NCBI GenBank assembly: GCA_002683155.1
Contig: NYST01000009.1
Span: 7,963 to 57,390 of the forward strand
Source of the DNA: Methanobacteriota archaeon
GTDB lineage: Archaea; Thermoplasmatota; Poseidoniia; Poseidoniales; Thalassarchaeaceae
Reading direction: 5' to 3'
Length of the DNA: 49,428 nucleotides
The position numbers and the translations under genes were made by a program. Positions 38,827 to 48,700 of this stretch are shown piece after piece. How positions within the stretch are numbered: position 1 is the stretch's first letter; every line of letters starts with the position of its first letter. The notes below the pieces were generated by a model that was not told the origin of the DNA, made no database searches, and worked only from the letters and a program-made list of their open reading frames with translations.

Positions 38827-39927
38827 TTACAGGAATCCGCCCATCAATCCCAAATCAGTGATTACGAGCATTGCGACTGCCTCAACGACGGGAGCGGCTC
38901 TTGGCCCGATTACTGGGTCGTGCCTCCCTCCAACCTTGAGAGGCTTTGTTTCGTTACTTGGCAGGTGCAGGGTAAATTGCTCCCTAGGAAGGCTGCTGGG
39001 TGGTTTGAAGTGGACCAACACCCTAATCGGAGAACCTGTTGATCTCCCTCCAAGAGCCCCGTCTGCATCGCCAGTGTCCGCACCTTCCAATTGTGGGAAT
39101 TCAGGTCCTGGGACCCACATGTCATTGTTCTCTGAACCTCTCATCTTCGATGATTCGAAACCGTTCGAGAACTCGATTGCCCGCGCTCCAGGAATGGCCA
39201 TCAGGCCCCTAGCTAGAGATGGCTCGATGCCATCGAACCAAGGTTCTCCGACACCTATTGGCAGCCCCTGAATCAACAACTCAACCACAGATCCGATGGA
39301 GTCCTTTTCCCTACGAATTCGTCTGATCATGTCTGCCATTCTTGGAGCGGCTTCCGGATCCCTACAATTGAGTCTGGACATTTCTGACTCGGCGTCATCG
39401 ATTCGATCTGAGTTTACTAGCTCTATCAGTGGCCTTGCAGAAATTTCGCCGACTCTGCTTAGATGGGCTGTACAAGACCATCCTGCGTTTTCCAGAATTG
39501 TCCTCGCTTGACTTCCTGCTGAAACTAGCCCAAGAGTGAGTCTGGCTGATTGGGAACCGCCTCCTCGGGGGTCACTGGACCCCGCAGATCTAACTCCCTC
39601 CACCATATCTGCATGCCCGGGACGGGGATGGTCTGGCAAGAATGCGTAGTCTGATGACCTGACATCAGAATTACGAACTAGCATCAGAAGAGGCCATCCG
39701 GTGGCTTTGCCCTCGTAAACTCCAGATAGGATCTCGCACTCATCCAGTTCCAGTCGAGATGACAACCCTCTCCTACCGGGCCTCCTTCTAGACAAATCAT
39801 CGTAAAGTGATTGCAAATCGATTTCGGTTCCAGGAGGGATTCCCTCGACTAAAGCGCCAACGCACTTTCCGTGACTCTCGCCGAATAGTGTCACCTTCAA
39901 CCGATCGCCCAATCCCATCCCCATCAT
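38827..39927 (-). CDS. aroC: Chorismate synthase
   Basis: FGESHG, RPGHAD, RGGGSQSAR, DSIG, FKPPSS and GGRHDP. Confidence 0.95.
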   Translation of the reverse strand: MMGMGLGDRLKVTLFGESHGKCVGALVEGIPPGTEIDLQSLYDDLSRRRPGRRGLSSRLELDECEILSGVYEGKATGWPLLMLVRNSDVRSSDYAFLPDHPRPGHADMVEGVRSAGSSDPRGGGSQSARLTLGLVSAGSQARTILENAGWSCTAHLSRVGEISARPLIELVNSDRIDDAESEMSRLNCRDPEAAPRMADMIRRIRREKDSIGSVVELLIQGLPIGVGEPWFDGIEPSLARGLMAIPGARAIEFSNGFESSKMRGSENNDMWVPGPEFPQLEGADTGDADGALGGRSTGSPIRVLVHFKPPSSLPREQFTLHLPSNETKPLKVGGRHDPVIGPRAAPVVEAVAMLVITDLGLMGGFL

Positions 39928-40781
39928 GCCACCTCTTCCACAGTAGCGATGCTACTAGCAAATCTAGTTTGGATGGTCAGAAGTCCCATTTCTTCGATTA
40001 TTGCAGATATTGATTCTGCGTCATCTTCGAAACAAACTATTGCAATTGCCGGCCCTGAACCGCTGATTCCAGAAGCTATGGAGCCAGAAGCGATACAGAG
40101 ATTGCTTATTCTAAGAGCCTGGTGGTCATCTGTAGCGGCAGAAACCGCCATTCCGTTTGATGACAGTGAATCAAGAGGGGAACCACTCATTATCGATGCC
40201 AATGCCCTCTCGAAGATCTGCCTCTGTTCTAGGAATCTTTTTGGTGAAATTTCTAACGAACGCTCCCCTCTCAGACAAACTAACACCGACAGGCTTTCAT
40301 CCATCTTGCCTTGGATGATGATTGATTCGGATGCACCCATAGTTGGGTCAACAAGTTTCCACCCGGGTTCCAAGGCCGCCCAATTGTCATCCATGCTTCC
40401 AGTTATCGCGCATTTCGACATTATCTGAGACTTTGCAGCGAGGTCCGCTATTTCTGAATTTGATAGCCCGGTCCATGAGCAGGAGTTCAGAGCCCTAAAT
40501 GCGGCACACGAAAGAGCAGAACTGGACTTGAGTCCTTGTCCAATTGGAATCGTGCTCTCTACCTGCCATCCGAATTCATCGGGGATTGGGAGCCCCTCTT
40601 TTCTCCAGAAATACTCGACTGAATCTAGAAGTCGATGCATGTCACCATTAACTTTGTTTGGCTCATCTACGATTTGGACCTTAGTTTCTAATTGAATTCC
40701 TACAGAGCAGCCCTTCCCAATGCCCACGGCATGTAGGATTGAAATGGCACCGTTGGCCTTGCCTGATCCAAGGATCTTCAC
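39924..40781 (-). CDS. aroK: Archaeal (GHMP-type) shikimate kinase
   Basis: GAISIL, IPIGQGLKSSSA, TGSMDD and GISGSGPA. Confidence 0.92.
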   Translation of the reverse strand: MKILGSGKANGAISILHAVGIGKGCSVGIQLETKVQIVDEPNKVNGDMHRLLDSVEYFWRKEGLPIPDEFGWQVESTIPIGQGLKSSSALSCAAFRALNSCSWTGLSNSEIADLAAKSQIMSKCAITGSMDDNWAALEPGWKLVDPTMGASESIIIQGKMDESLSVLVCLRGERSLEISPKRFLEQRQIFERALASIMSGSPLDSLSSNGMAVSAATDDHQALRISNLCIASGSIASGISGSGPAIAIVCFEDDAESISAIIEEMGLLTIQTRFASSIATVEEVA

Positions 40782-41710
40782 TTCTCCTCCACCTCTGCAT
40801 TTAGAGCGAAACCCACGTGTCTTGCCACACTATCCGTGAGAACAAATATCTCATCGCCTTCTTTCGCATCTGTAACTGAAATCACACCCTCATTTCGAGA
40901 AATCATTCTCACAGTCTCTGCTTGCTGGACTACCACTTGCCCCTCTGACCCTGCAACTTCAAATCTAATCAGCAACAGTGGTCGAGTCTCTACTTTCAGA
41001 CGCCCAACTGTAGCCTTGTTTAGATTGCCAGATGAAGATAGGATTGCAACTTCATCGCCAGAAGACAATTCGCTCAGATACTTGGTTTTACCATCCGCCA
41101 TTAGTGCGTAAGAGTGAATTGCCCCCGCGTTCACCCTAAATGGCCGGGTGGGTACGTAATCTGATCTAATGGTCTCACCATGAATTAAACAAAGCTTACC
41201 GGAAATTGAGCCGATGGCCATTCCATGGCCATCATTTATCCTCCTTGTCAGGTCAACGCATACCCTCTCACCCACTCCTGCGCCCTCAATTGATAGAATC
41301 CTAGCTTCTTCTATTACTGCCTCGGCTTCCCGGTTTTCCTCCTTATCCCACTTCCCGCCAATAATAGAAACGGCATCATCAATCAGATGGCTTTTGACTA
41401 GGATTGCGTCTACCCCACCTCCAAGTGCAAATGCTGCTCCATTTAGTTCAACTTCTTCATCGATGGCTGCTGCAATTCTGGTACTGGTTCCCCTTGATGC
41501 TGCAACTAGATTCTCCAGTGGGACCATGGTCCAGTCTGAGCATCGAACCAGAATCCATGGGACCAATCCAATTAGGGACATTGCTTCGTCCTGATCCGAT
41601 GGGTCATCGATTTGCACTTCAGAGACATCTGCGGAGAATCCATCCCAGAATCGGCTAATTAATTCCCTGTTGGCAGGATCTTCATCGGTGTAATCGGACC
41701 AAATCTGCAT
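40778..41710 (-). CDS. aroB': 3-dehydroquinate synthase II (archaeal AroB')
   Basis: DWTMVPLENLVA, GERVCVD, RPFRVNAGAIHSY, VGRLKVETRP and QQAETVR. Confidence 0.92.
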   Translation of the reverse strand: MQIWSDYTDEDPANRELISRFWDGFSADVSEVQIDDPSDQDEAMSLIGLVPWILVRCSDWTMVPLENLVAASRGTSTRIAAAIDEEVELNGAAFALGGGVDAILVKSHLIDDAVSIIGGKWDKEENREAEAVIEEARILSIEGAGVGERVCVDLTRRINDGHGMAIGSISGKLCLIHGETIRSDYVPTRPFRVNAGAIHSYALMADGKTKYLSELSSGDEVAILSSSGNLNKATVGRLKVETRPLLLIRFEVAGSEGQVVVQQAETVRMISRNEGVISVTDAKEGDEIFVLTDSVARHVGFALNAEVEEK

Positions 41711-41714
41711 CAAT

Positions 41715-42509
41715 TCACCCCAGAAGCATTGCTGCATGTTCTGCTGATTTCCCATCGTGAACTATTGCTCTTAGAGACCTGATGTGAGATGCGGGATCTT
41801 CTGCGCCGAAGACGTTCCTTCCAATGCATACTCCAGAACCGCCGGCATTGATGGATTTCTCGACAATTTCTAGGATCTGAGAGAATTCAACCCCTCCCTC
41901 TCCGCCTGAGACTAGGACTGGTATCGGGACTGAAGATGTGACGATTCTGAAGGATTCTTCCGTGCCAGTCCAAGGGACCTTGACGACGTTGCAGCCCAAT
42001 TCCCATGCCAGCCTTGCAGCATGGGCAACGCCCATGGTAGAATCTGTTGGATCCAATCTCAAGTTGGGTCCTCTTGGGTAGAACATCCCCAGAACTGGGA
42101 GTTCTACTTCGAGTGCCTCTGAAGTAATTCCTGACATGCGTTGAATCATCTCTGGTTCTGCTGGATCCCCGAGATTTACCTGGCCAGAAATGCCAATTGC
42201 CCCTCTCGAAAAACACTCTCTAGCACCGGAGACATGGACCTTGTCTTGGGAGCGAGGACCACCATGGATTGTGGACATCGAAGAATGGCAGACGAATCTA
42301 CCCCAAGCGGTTCTATCAAAATGATAAGATAATGGTCCCTTATGGAGAACTATGGCGTCTGCGCCACCCTCTATTGCTGCGTCTACTGCTGAATCGCTGT
42401 CCATCAATCCATGCTCTGGAAATGAGGATGCCCCATGGTCAATAGGTACCCAAACCCCTCTGCCTCCCGGGAGGAGGGTTTCCAGGTGGTTTGCTAGTGC
42501 ATCTGCCAC
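41715..42509 (-). CDS. aroA': 2-amino-3,7-dideoxy-D-threo-hept-6-ulosonate synthase (class I aldolase, AroA')
   Basis: PIDHG, YPRG, HAARLAWELG..VVK (Schiff-base Lys), SGG and GRNVF; heads the aro operon. Confidence 0.85.
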   Translation of the reverse strand: MADALANHLETLLPGGRGVWVPIDHGASSFPEHGLMDSDSAVDAAIEGGADAIVLHKGPLSYHFDRTAWGRFVCHSSMSTIHGGPRSQDKVHVSGARECFSRGAIGISGQVNLGDPAEPEMIQRMSGITSEALEVELPVLGMFYPRGPNLRLDPTDSTMGVAHAARLAWELGCNVVKVPWTGTEESFRIVTSSVPIPVLVSGGEGGVEFSQILEIVEKSINAGGSGVCIGRNVFGAEDPASHIRSLRAIVHDGKSAEHAAMLLG

Positions 42510-42582
42510 GTATTATCGCCAATGTCACCTCTCTTGAATAGTCCCGTTGCCCCATGTCCTAGTTTCTGGGGCAATTTGTATA

Positions 42583-43365
42583 CTAGAGTTCGAGGTCAAC
42601 AATCACTGGAGCGTGATCTGAAACTACCATCCCACCCTCCCTGAGGATCTCGGCATTTTTCATCAAGGGCCTAGCGGCTTTGTTTGCTAGTATGTAATCA
42701 ATCCTCCAACCCCTATCCCTCTCTCTTGCTCTTCGGAAATTCGACCACCACGAGTAAGGACCCTTCATTGAGCCAACGTGAATCCTCAGGAGGTCATGCC
42801 ACCCGGAATCCAGCATCCTGTCGAACCAAGCTCTCTCGTGCTCAAGGAATCCGGAAGTCCGTTTATTTCCCTTGGGATCCCAAATATCGTCCTCAGTATG
42901 GGCGATGTTCAAATCCCCGCACAATAGTGCAGGTTCGGATGACTCGATGAATTGTTGGCTCCACAGAAGCATGTCCTCCAACCACTGATCCTTGTAGTCC
43001 TGACGCTCCTGCCTTGCGGACCCATTCGGCAGATACATGTTTATGCAACTCAGATTTTCGTGCTTTGTGACCAAGACTCTTCCCTCTGGGTCTCTAGTTT
43101 CGTCCAGTTCGGTATCTATTCCTCTTCCGACCTCGGCCATGCCAACACGAGAGCATGACATCACGCCTGAGTAACCCTTCTTCTGGGCAGGATGCCAAAT
43201 TACCTCATATCCCTGAGGCTGAGTCCAATCCTTTGGCATCTGCTCTGGCAAAGCACGAACTTCCTGGAAAAGCATGACATCAGCATCGATGCGTTCGATG
43301 AACTCAACAAGTCCCTTCCGATGAGCGGCTCTAATCCCATTCAGGTTCCAAGAGACGACTCGCAT
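42583..43365 (-). CDS. xth: Exodeoxyribonuclease III / AP endonuclease
   Basis: SWNLNGIRA, QEVR, GYSGV, GDLNIAH, GWRIDY and SDHAP. Confidence 0.96.
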   Translation of the reverse strand: MRVVSWNLNGIRAAHRKGLVEFIERIDADVMLFQEVRALPEQMPKDWTQPQGYEVIWHPAQKKGYSGVMSCSRVGMAEVGRGIDTELDETRDPEGRVLVTKHENLSCINMYLPNGSARQERQDYKDQWLEDMLLWSQQFIESSEPALLCGDLNIAHTEDDIWDPKGNKRTSGFLEHERAWFDRMLDSGWHDLLRIHVGSMKGPYSWWSNFRRARERDRGWRIDYILANKAARPLMKNAEILREGGMVVSDHAPVIVDLEL

Positions 43366-43417
43366 GACGGGGGCTCAATGAGATAGGTCTTTGACTTTCT
43401 CGACCAAAACCATCATT

Positions 43418-45550
43418 TTAGTCTGATGCTCCAGCAAAGAATGACATTGACTCCTTGAATAATTCTTCTCTTCGATGACGCTTATTGTCTCTAATCTTGA
43501 GCCATGTGAATCCTATTGCTAGTAGGATGATGAATGGGACGAAGGCCTCAGCGTGATACCTCTCCATGACCTCGATAATGCCCCTTGCAGTGTATGCCCA
43601 TGTTATCGAGGCTGCAGTGCCACCGATGAAGCATGCGGCGAGTACCCTCTGGAATCTCATTCGAGCAACCAGTCCCAGCATGGCCCCAACAAGCACCCCA
43701 CTAGCCATGAATGGTATCCAGACGAAGACTATTAGACCCCAGAAGCCGTACTTGTCAATTCTTTTTCTGTTCTTGTGGGCCACATACTCAACAGAAGATA
43801 GGATGTCCCCCATGAATGGGTTCTGCAATAGAGCACCCGGAATGCCATCTCTCTTCGCCACCATTGCCTCGCCGGTGTGCTCTTCCGAACCCTGCTCAAC
43901 TCTTCCGGCGACTGCTCTATCGCCCAGTGTTGATTTCTCATTCCTTGCACTGACTACCAGTTCTCTGTCACCTAGGAGATGTTCCAAGTCGGAACCAAGA
44001 TGATTCCTTAGGTCACCTTGAAGGTGCTCGTATGTTGGTTTGAAAAGGAAATAGGCGAACTTCATGACTGGCCTGTAAATTACCCTGACAAAGACTGCAT
44101 CCTCATCTGCCATAATAGCGGAGCCGTAGTCTGCAACGTCATGTTTCCTGAACCAGCTTGACATGCTGTCCCTGAATGACTCCTCTAGTTTGCCAAACTG
44201 CCCTATTGAGGAAAAGAAGACGCTGTAGTCATCAGATAGGCTGACTTCTCCCGATATGTCGAAATCAAGAGTTTCGCCCTCTCCCTCATTTGAATCAGAA
44301 CAAACCGTCTTGATCTGAAGCGGCCTCATCTCTCCGAAGATTCGAAACTCGTTTAGGATGTCTTTGATTATCGTCCCTTTCACTTCGATCGGGGACATTA
44401 TGGTCTTCCTTGTAGTATCATACTGAAGGAAAACATCGACTGAAATTGCCCTATCTTGGACTCGAATCGAATTCATATCAGGCTTAATCTGTAGCCTCTT
44501 GGAGGCATTTTCAATCGTTCTGGAAATTAGCCGTTCCATTTGATCACTGGATAAGAGGTCATCCGTCTCTCTATGGTATAATCTGTGCATCAGAGGATAC
44601 TGTACACAAAGGAAAAAGATGGACATTCCCAGGGATACTATCGCCATATACCAAGGTGGAACTTCTGCATTCCCCCCAGTTAGCATTGCCGTCTCCCTTC
44701 CGCCAACCCACTCTGCACCCATCAGACCCCAGCCCCAAACCCCCATTCGCTGAATAGTGAAGCAAGCTCTTTTTTCATCATCGAATTCCTCCATCTTCCT
44801 ATGGTTTTCGTCAGAGCCAAAGAAGGATGATGAATCACTGGTGTGCAACTCTATTTCTAAATCCTTAATGGTGATTCCCGGCCGCCCATCTTGGAGGAGT
44901 GATGCATTTAGCTTATCTGACAAATCCTCGGTGGGAACATCTGACCAGTCATCTGAGGTGTTTTTCTGGTTGAGTACGATAATTCGGACAAAGTAATCTC
45001 CATCGACCAAATCTTCCTTGCTGAGTTCAATCTCCAGATCCCCAATTCCACCTTCTAGCAAATCAAATTCGTAGTCCGTTTGATGGCCTTCTTCGAGAGC
45101 AAATTCTGATGCGTTCCAAACATAGACGAAAATTGCAGATGATGATAACGATGCGACGTTATGGCTTTCGATTCTCAAATCATCATTCTCGACCCAAGTA
45201 TCAATCCAAATCTCGCCCCTCTTGTCAACGCAATCATTTGGGTCCAGAAGTGTTCCTGACAAGGAGTCGTCAATCACGATAGAGTCCCCCATGATTAAGC
45301 CAGATGAGGCCAGTGAAATCGAGCCGAAGAAAATCAGGCCGGCCATCAGTCCAAAGACCAAGGTGAAGTCGTCGAATGTCTGGGGAACAACTGTGTTGTA
45401 TAGGAAACTCTGACCGGGGTTCTCCCTCCTATCCCTAATCCTGTCCAACTCAACGTCGATCCTATCTTCTGCTTCAGAGTTAGGATTGGTTTCAGTGGAT
45501 TGTTTTTCCTCGTCTTCGAGGGATTCTGACGGAAGTACTCCTTTGTCCAT
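43418..45550 (-). CDS. Large membrane protein with a small-multidrug-export (COG2426)-like C-terminal region
   Basis: KYGFWGLIVFVWIPFMASGVLVG resembles the family motif; 710 aa with large soluble domains. Confidence 0.7.
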   Translation of the reverse strand: MDKGVLPSESLEDEEKQSTETNPNSEAEDRIDVELDRIRDRRENPGQSFLYNTVVPQTFDDFTLVFGLMAGLIFFGSISLASSGLIMGDSIVIDDSLSGTLLDPNDCVDKRGEIWIDTWVENDDLRIESHNVASLSSSAIFVYVWNASEFALEEGHQTDYEFDLLEGGIGDLEIELSKEDLVDGDYFVRIIVLNQKNTSDDWSDVPTEDLSDKLNASLLQDGRPGITIKDLEIELHTSDSSSFFGSDENHRKMEEFDDEKRACFTIQRMGVWGWGLMGAEWVGGRETAMLTGGNAEVPPWYMAIVSLGMSIFFLCVQYPLMHRLYHRETDDLLSSDQMERLISRTIENASKRLQIKPDMNSIRVQDRAISVDVFLQYDTTRKTIMSPIEVKGTIIKDILNEFRIFGEMRPLQIKTVCSDSNEGEGETLDFDISGEVSLSDDYSVFFSSIGQFGKLEESFRDSMSSWFRKHDVADYGSAIMADEDAVFVRVIYRPVMKFAYFLFKPTYEHLQGDLRNHLGSDLEHLLGDRELVVSARNEKSTLGDRAVAGRVEQGSEEHTGEAMVAKRDGIPGALLQNPFMGDILSSVEYVAHKNRKRIDKYGFWGLIVFVWIPFMASGVLVGAMLGLVARMRFQRVLAACFIGGTAASITWAYTARGIIEVMERYHAEAFVPFIILLAIGFTWLKIRDNKRHRREELFKESMSFFAGASD

Positions 45551-45706
45551 TGGAAGCAGACGAGCGGGTCGGGCGTATGTGATATTTGTCACGGAATCGG
45601 AGGCGCAATTGTGCAAACTAGAGTGGTGCATCGACAGATGGTTTTACTGAGTTCCAAGATTGGGTTCGGAGGCAATTTTAATGTCCTCCTACTACGTAGG
45701 AGGAGT

Positions 45707-48700
45707 ATGTCCAGTGGCAACGCGGTGAGGTCACGCCTGTCTCTGATGCTAGTTGCAGTCATGCTACTCCCCTCCATTTTGTCAATCAGCCAATTGGGCT
45801 TAGGTTCCCAAGAATTGGTGGAAAGGCAAGACTCGAATGAAACAATAGAGGTCCCGGGATACTTGCCTTTTGATCAGAATTCGGTTGACTTCGAAGACCC
45901 GTCGCATGGTTGGAATTGGGATGAGGGCAATACGGGCAAGGCCGCGTTGTACTATAGGACAGCAAGCTACGTGCCAATACAGGAGTGGGAGCAAGTTACC
46001 GGGGAGGCGCTTGTCTCGGGTTGGCATGCACTGGGTCACGAATACCCGATTCCCTCAGACTGGAAAGAGGAACTCGAAGAAATCGGTCTGGAATGTAGGA
46101 CATTCTACGCCCCTCAGGGATTCCATTGCGATGTCCCCCGTCTAAGTCCCGCGACCCTTCTAGACGCTGGAGTGATTGGAGCTTTTCGCCTAGCCGATAT
46201 CGATAAGATTGCCCCTGATGCATTTCCAATAATTGAAGGAGAGTCAAATGGCAACGCAGGGATGGAGGGCGAAAAGTACCTTTTCAGAGTTCTTCTTTCA
46301 GGGCCAGGGCACCTTTCTGATTTACTAAAGACTGGGGTCGAACTGAGGGACTACAGGCTCCAGAGGTTCGCTGATGTGTTGGTTGGTCCGAAGGAGATCG
46401 AGATGCTATCCGAACAACCATTCATCGAATGGATCGAGCCGACTTATGCACCGACGTTTGACAACCAGGAAGCCTCTCAGATTATCGGTGCTGATTGGGT
46501 GACTGACTCGTCGAACATGATGAGTCACGGTGGGGCTGTAACCGGTGACGGTGTAATCGTTGCAGTAATGGACTCGGGCCTAGATACGGCTGTTGAATGC
46601 AGTGGAGTGACCAACTGCGATAGCCTGAACTCTGGGGTGCACGCAGACTTCTCTGGCAGAATTATGGGGGTCGTCTCATACAACAACTGTGGTGCGTGCT
46701 CTGATGGCACTGGAGGACCTAACGACTACAACGGGCATGGCACACATGTTGCTGGTTCGGTACTGGGCGATGGGAGCAACTCCCCCAATGGAGAGGACAA
46801 CAGCGGAATGGCTCCTGGCGCCTACCTTTTCATGCAAGCAGTTGGTTATGGCAACAATGACGGCTCACTTGCCCCTCCGGATTACGAAGATGCGTATGCT
46901 GAGGCTTATGCGGCTGGAGCCAGGGTGCACACCAACTCTTGGGGGACGGGGCCGGATGCATGCGCGCCGACGCAAAGCAACCCAACTGCAACAAACTCAC
47001 CCTCATGCTGGGCTTACTACACATCGGATACGATGGAGTTGGATGCAGCAGCGAATAATTACCAGGATCTTACTATCCTTTTTGCGATGGGCAATGACGG
47101 CAGAGATTGCACCTACGCCTCGTTCGGATGGCAGACTACTAATTGTCCCAGTGGGCAAGATGGCGAGATTAACCTAGGGGCATTGAACAGACAAGCGACA
47201 GCAAAGAACATCCTTTCCATAGGGGCTTCGGAGAACGTTAGGAACACTCTGGCGTTGCATTCACGAAGTTACTTCAGCGTATGTGGCAATTGCGATTGGT
47301 ATGGGACCCCAATCAAGTTGGATCAAGAAGGTGACAACGCAGAGGGAATGGCTGGCTTCTCAAACAGAGGACCTACGAGCGACGGGCGAATAAAGCCGGA
47401 TATAGTGGCCCCTGGAACCTGGATCCACTCTACAAAAACCTCACTCAGAGTAGCGAGTACGGATCTCGGGGACTACTATACGGTGAAGCGTGGTACCTCC
47501 ATGGCTACTCCGATTACAGCAGGAAGTGTTGCACTAGTTATCGAGCACCTGAACGCTCATGGATACAACTGCAACCTAGCATACAACTCCGCTAGTGACA
47601 ACTGCCCAGATTCTGCTCTGGTAAAGGCGATTCTGAGTGCTTCTGCTCATGATATGCAAGGCCAGTACTCCTCAGGTGGAGATGGTGAGAACGGTGCCGT
47701 AGAAAGGGCCCCGAACAATCACGAAGGATGGGGCAGGGTCGATCTAGAGAGAGCCATGGGTAGTGGTTTCTCGGAAGGCATAGACATCACGACATCGGAT
47801 ATGCATTCTTTCAAGTTGAGCGTCCCGGACTCAGGCGTTTCCACTTTGAGAGTGGTTCTTTCATGGAACGAAGCAGAGAATTCCCCCTCTGCGGGCACCC
47901 AACTCAGGAATGACTTGGACATATTCCTCAAGAGCCCCACAGGAGTTCTGCAGACGTACGACAATGATGACGTCAACAACCTAGTCGGAATCTCCATTGA
48001 TTCCCCCGATGCTGGAGACTGGGAGATAATAGTCACAGGGGAGAATGTGATTGATGGAGCCCAGAAGTACTACTTGGCGGCAAGCGATGGCGTCATCACC
48101 GACATGCGCCACCCGGTCTCGGAGAATTACAACGAGCCGGGTTTCCAATCCGGTTCAATATTCACAGAAACCACGATGTCCACTGGAGAAGATCACCTTT
48201 GCGCGATTCTAGATGATGCGAGCCTACAGTGCTGGGGATCGAATGAATTCGGGCAGCTGGGCGACGGGACCACAGCGGATAGACTGACAATGACTGAAGT
48301 AAGCCTCGATGCGGCTAGGACCGCGACGTCGATCAGTTCGGGCAAGCATCACACATGCTCAATACTAGACAACGGAGAGCTGCAGTGCTGGGGAAGGAAC
48401 AACTTCGGTCAACTTGGTGACGGGACCGAAACTCATTCAATTTCACCCGTAGGGGCGGTCCTTTCCCAGGTTCCAGTGCAAATCTCCTCAGGGGACTGGC
48501 ACACTTGTTCCATAATGGACGATGCGAGCCTGCATTGCTGGGGCAGAAACACAGACGGGCAACTTGGGGATGGGACGAATATCGACAGTAGCATACCTGT
48601 ATCAGTCTCCTTGGGAGAGAAGGCGCTGGCAGTCTCGGCAGGAGGAAGCCACACATGCGCTATAACCGAGAGTTGGGCACTGAAATGTTGGGGCTCTAAC

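Noticed and set aside
38827..42509. Incomplete shikimate pathway (no aroD, aroE or EPSP synthase)
   Set aside because: These genes are often elsewhere in the genome, so absence from one window is uninformative.
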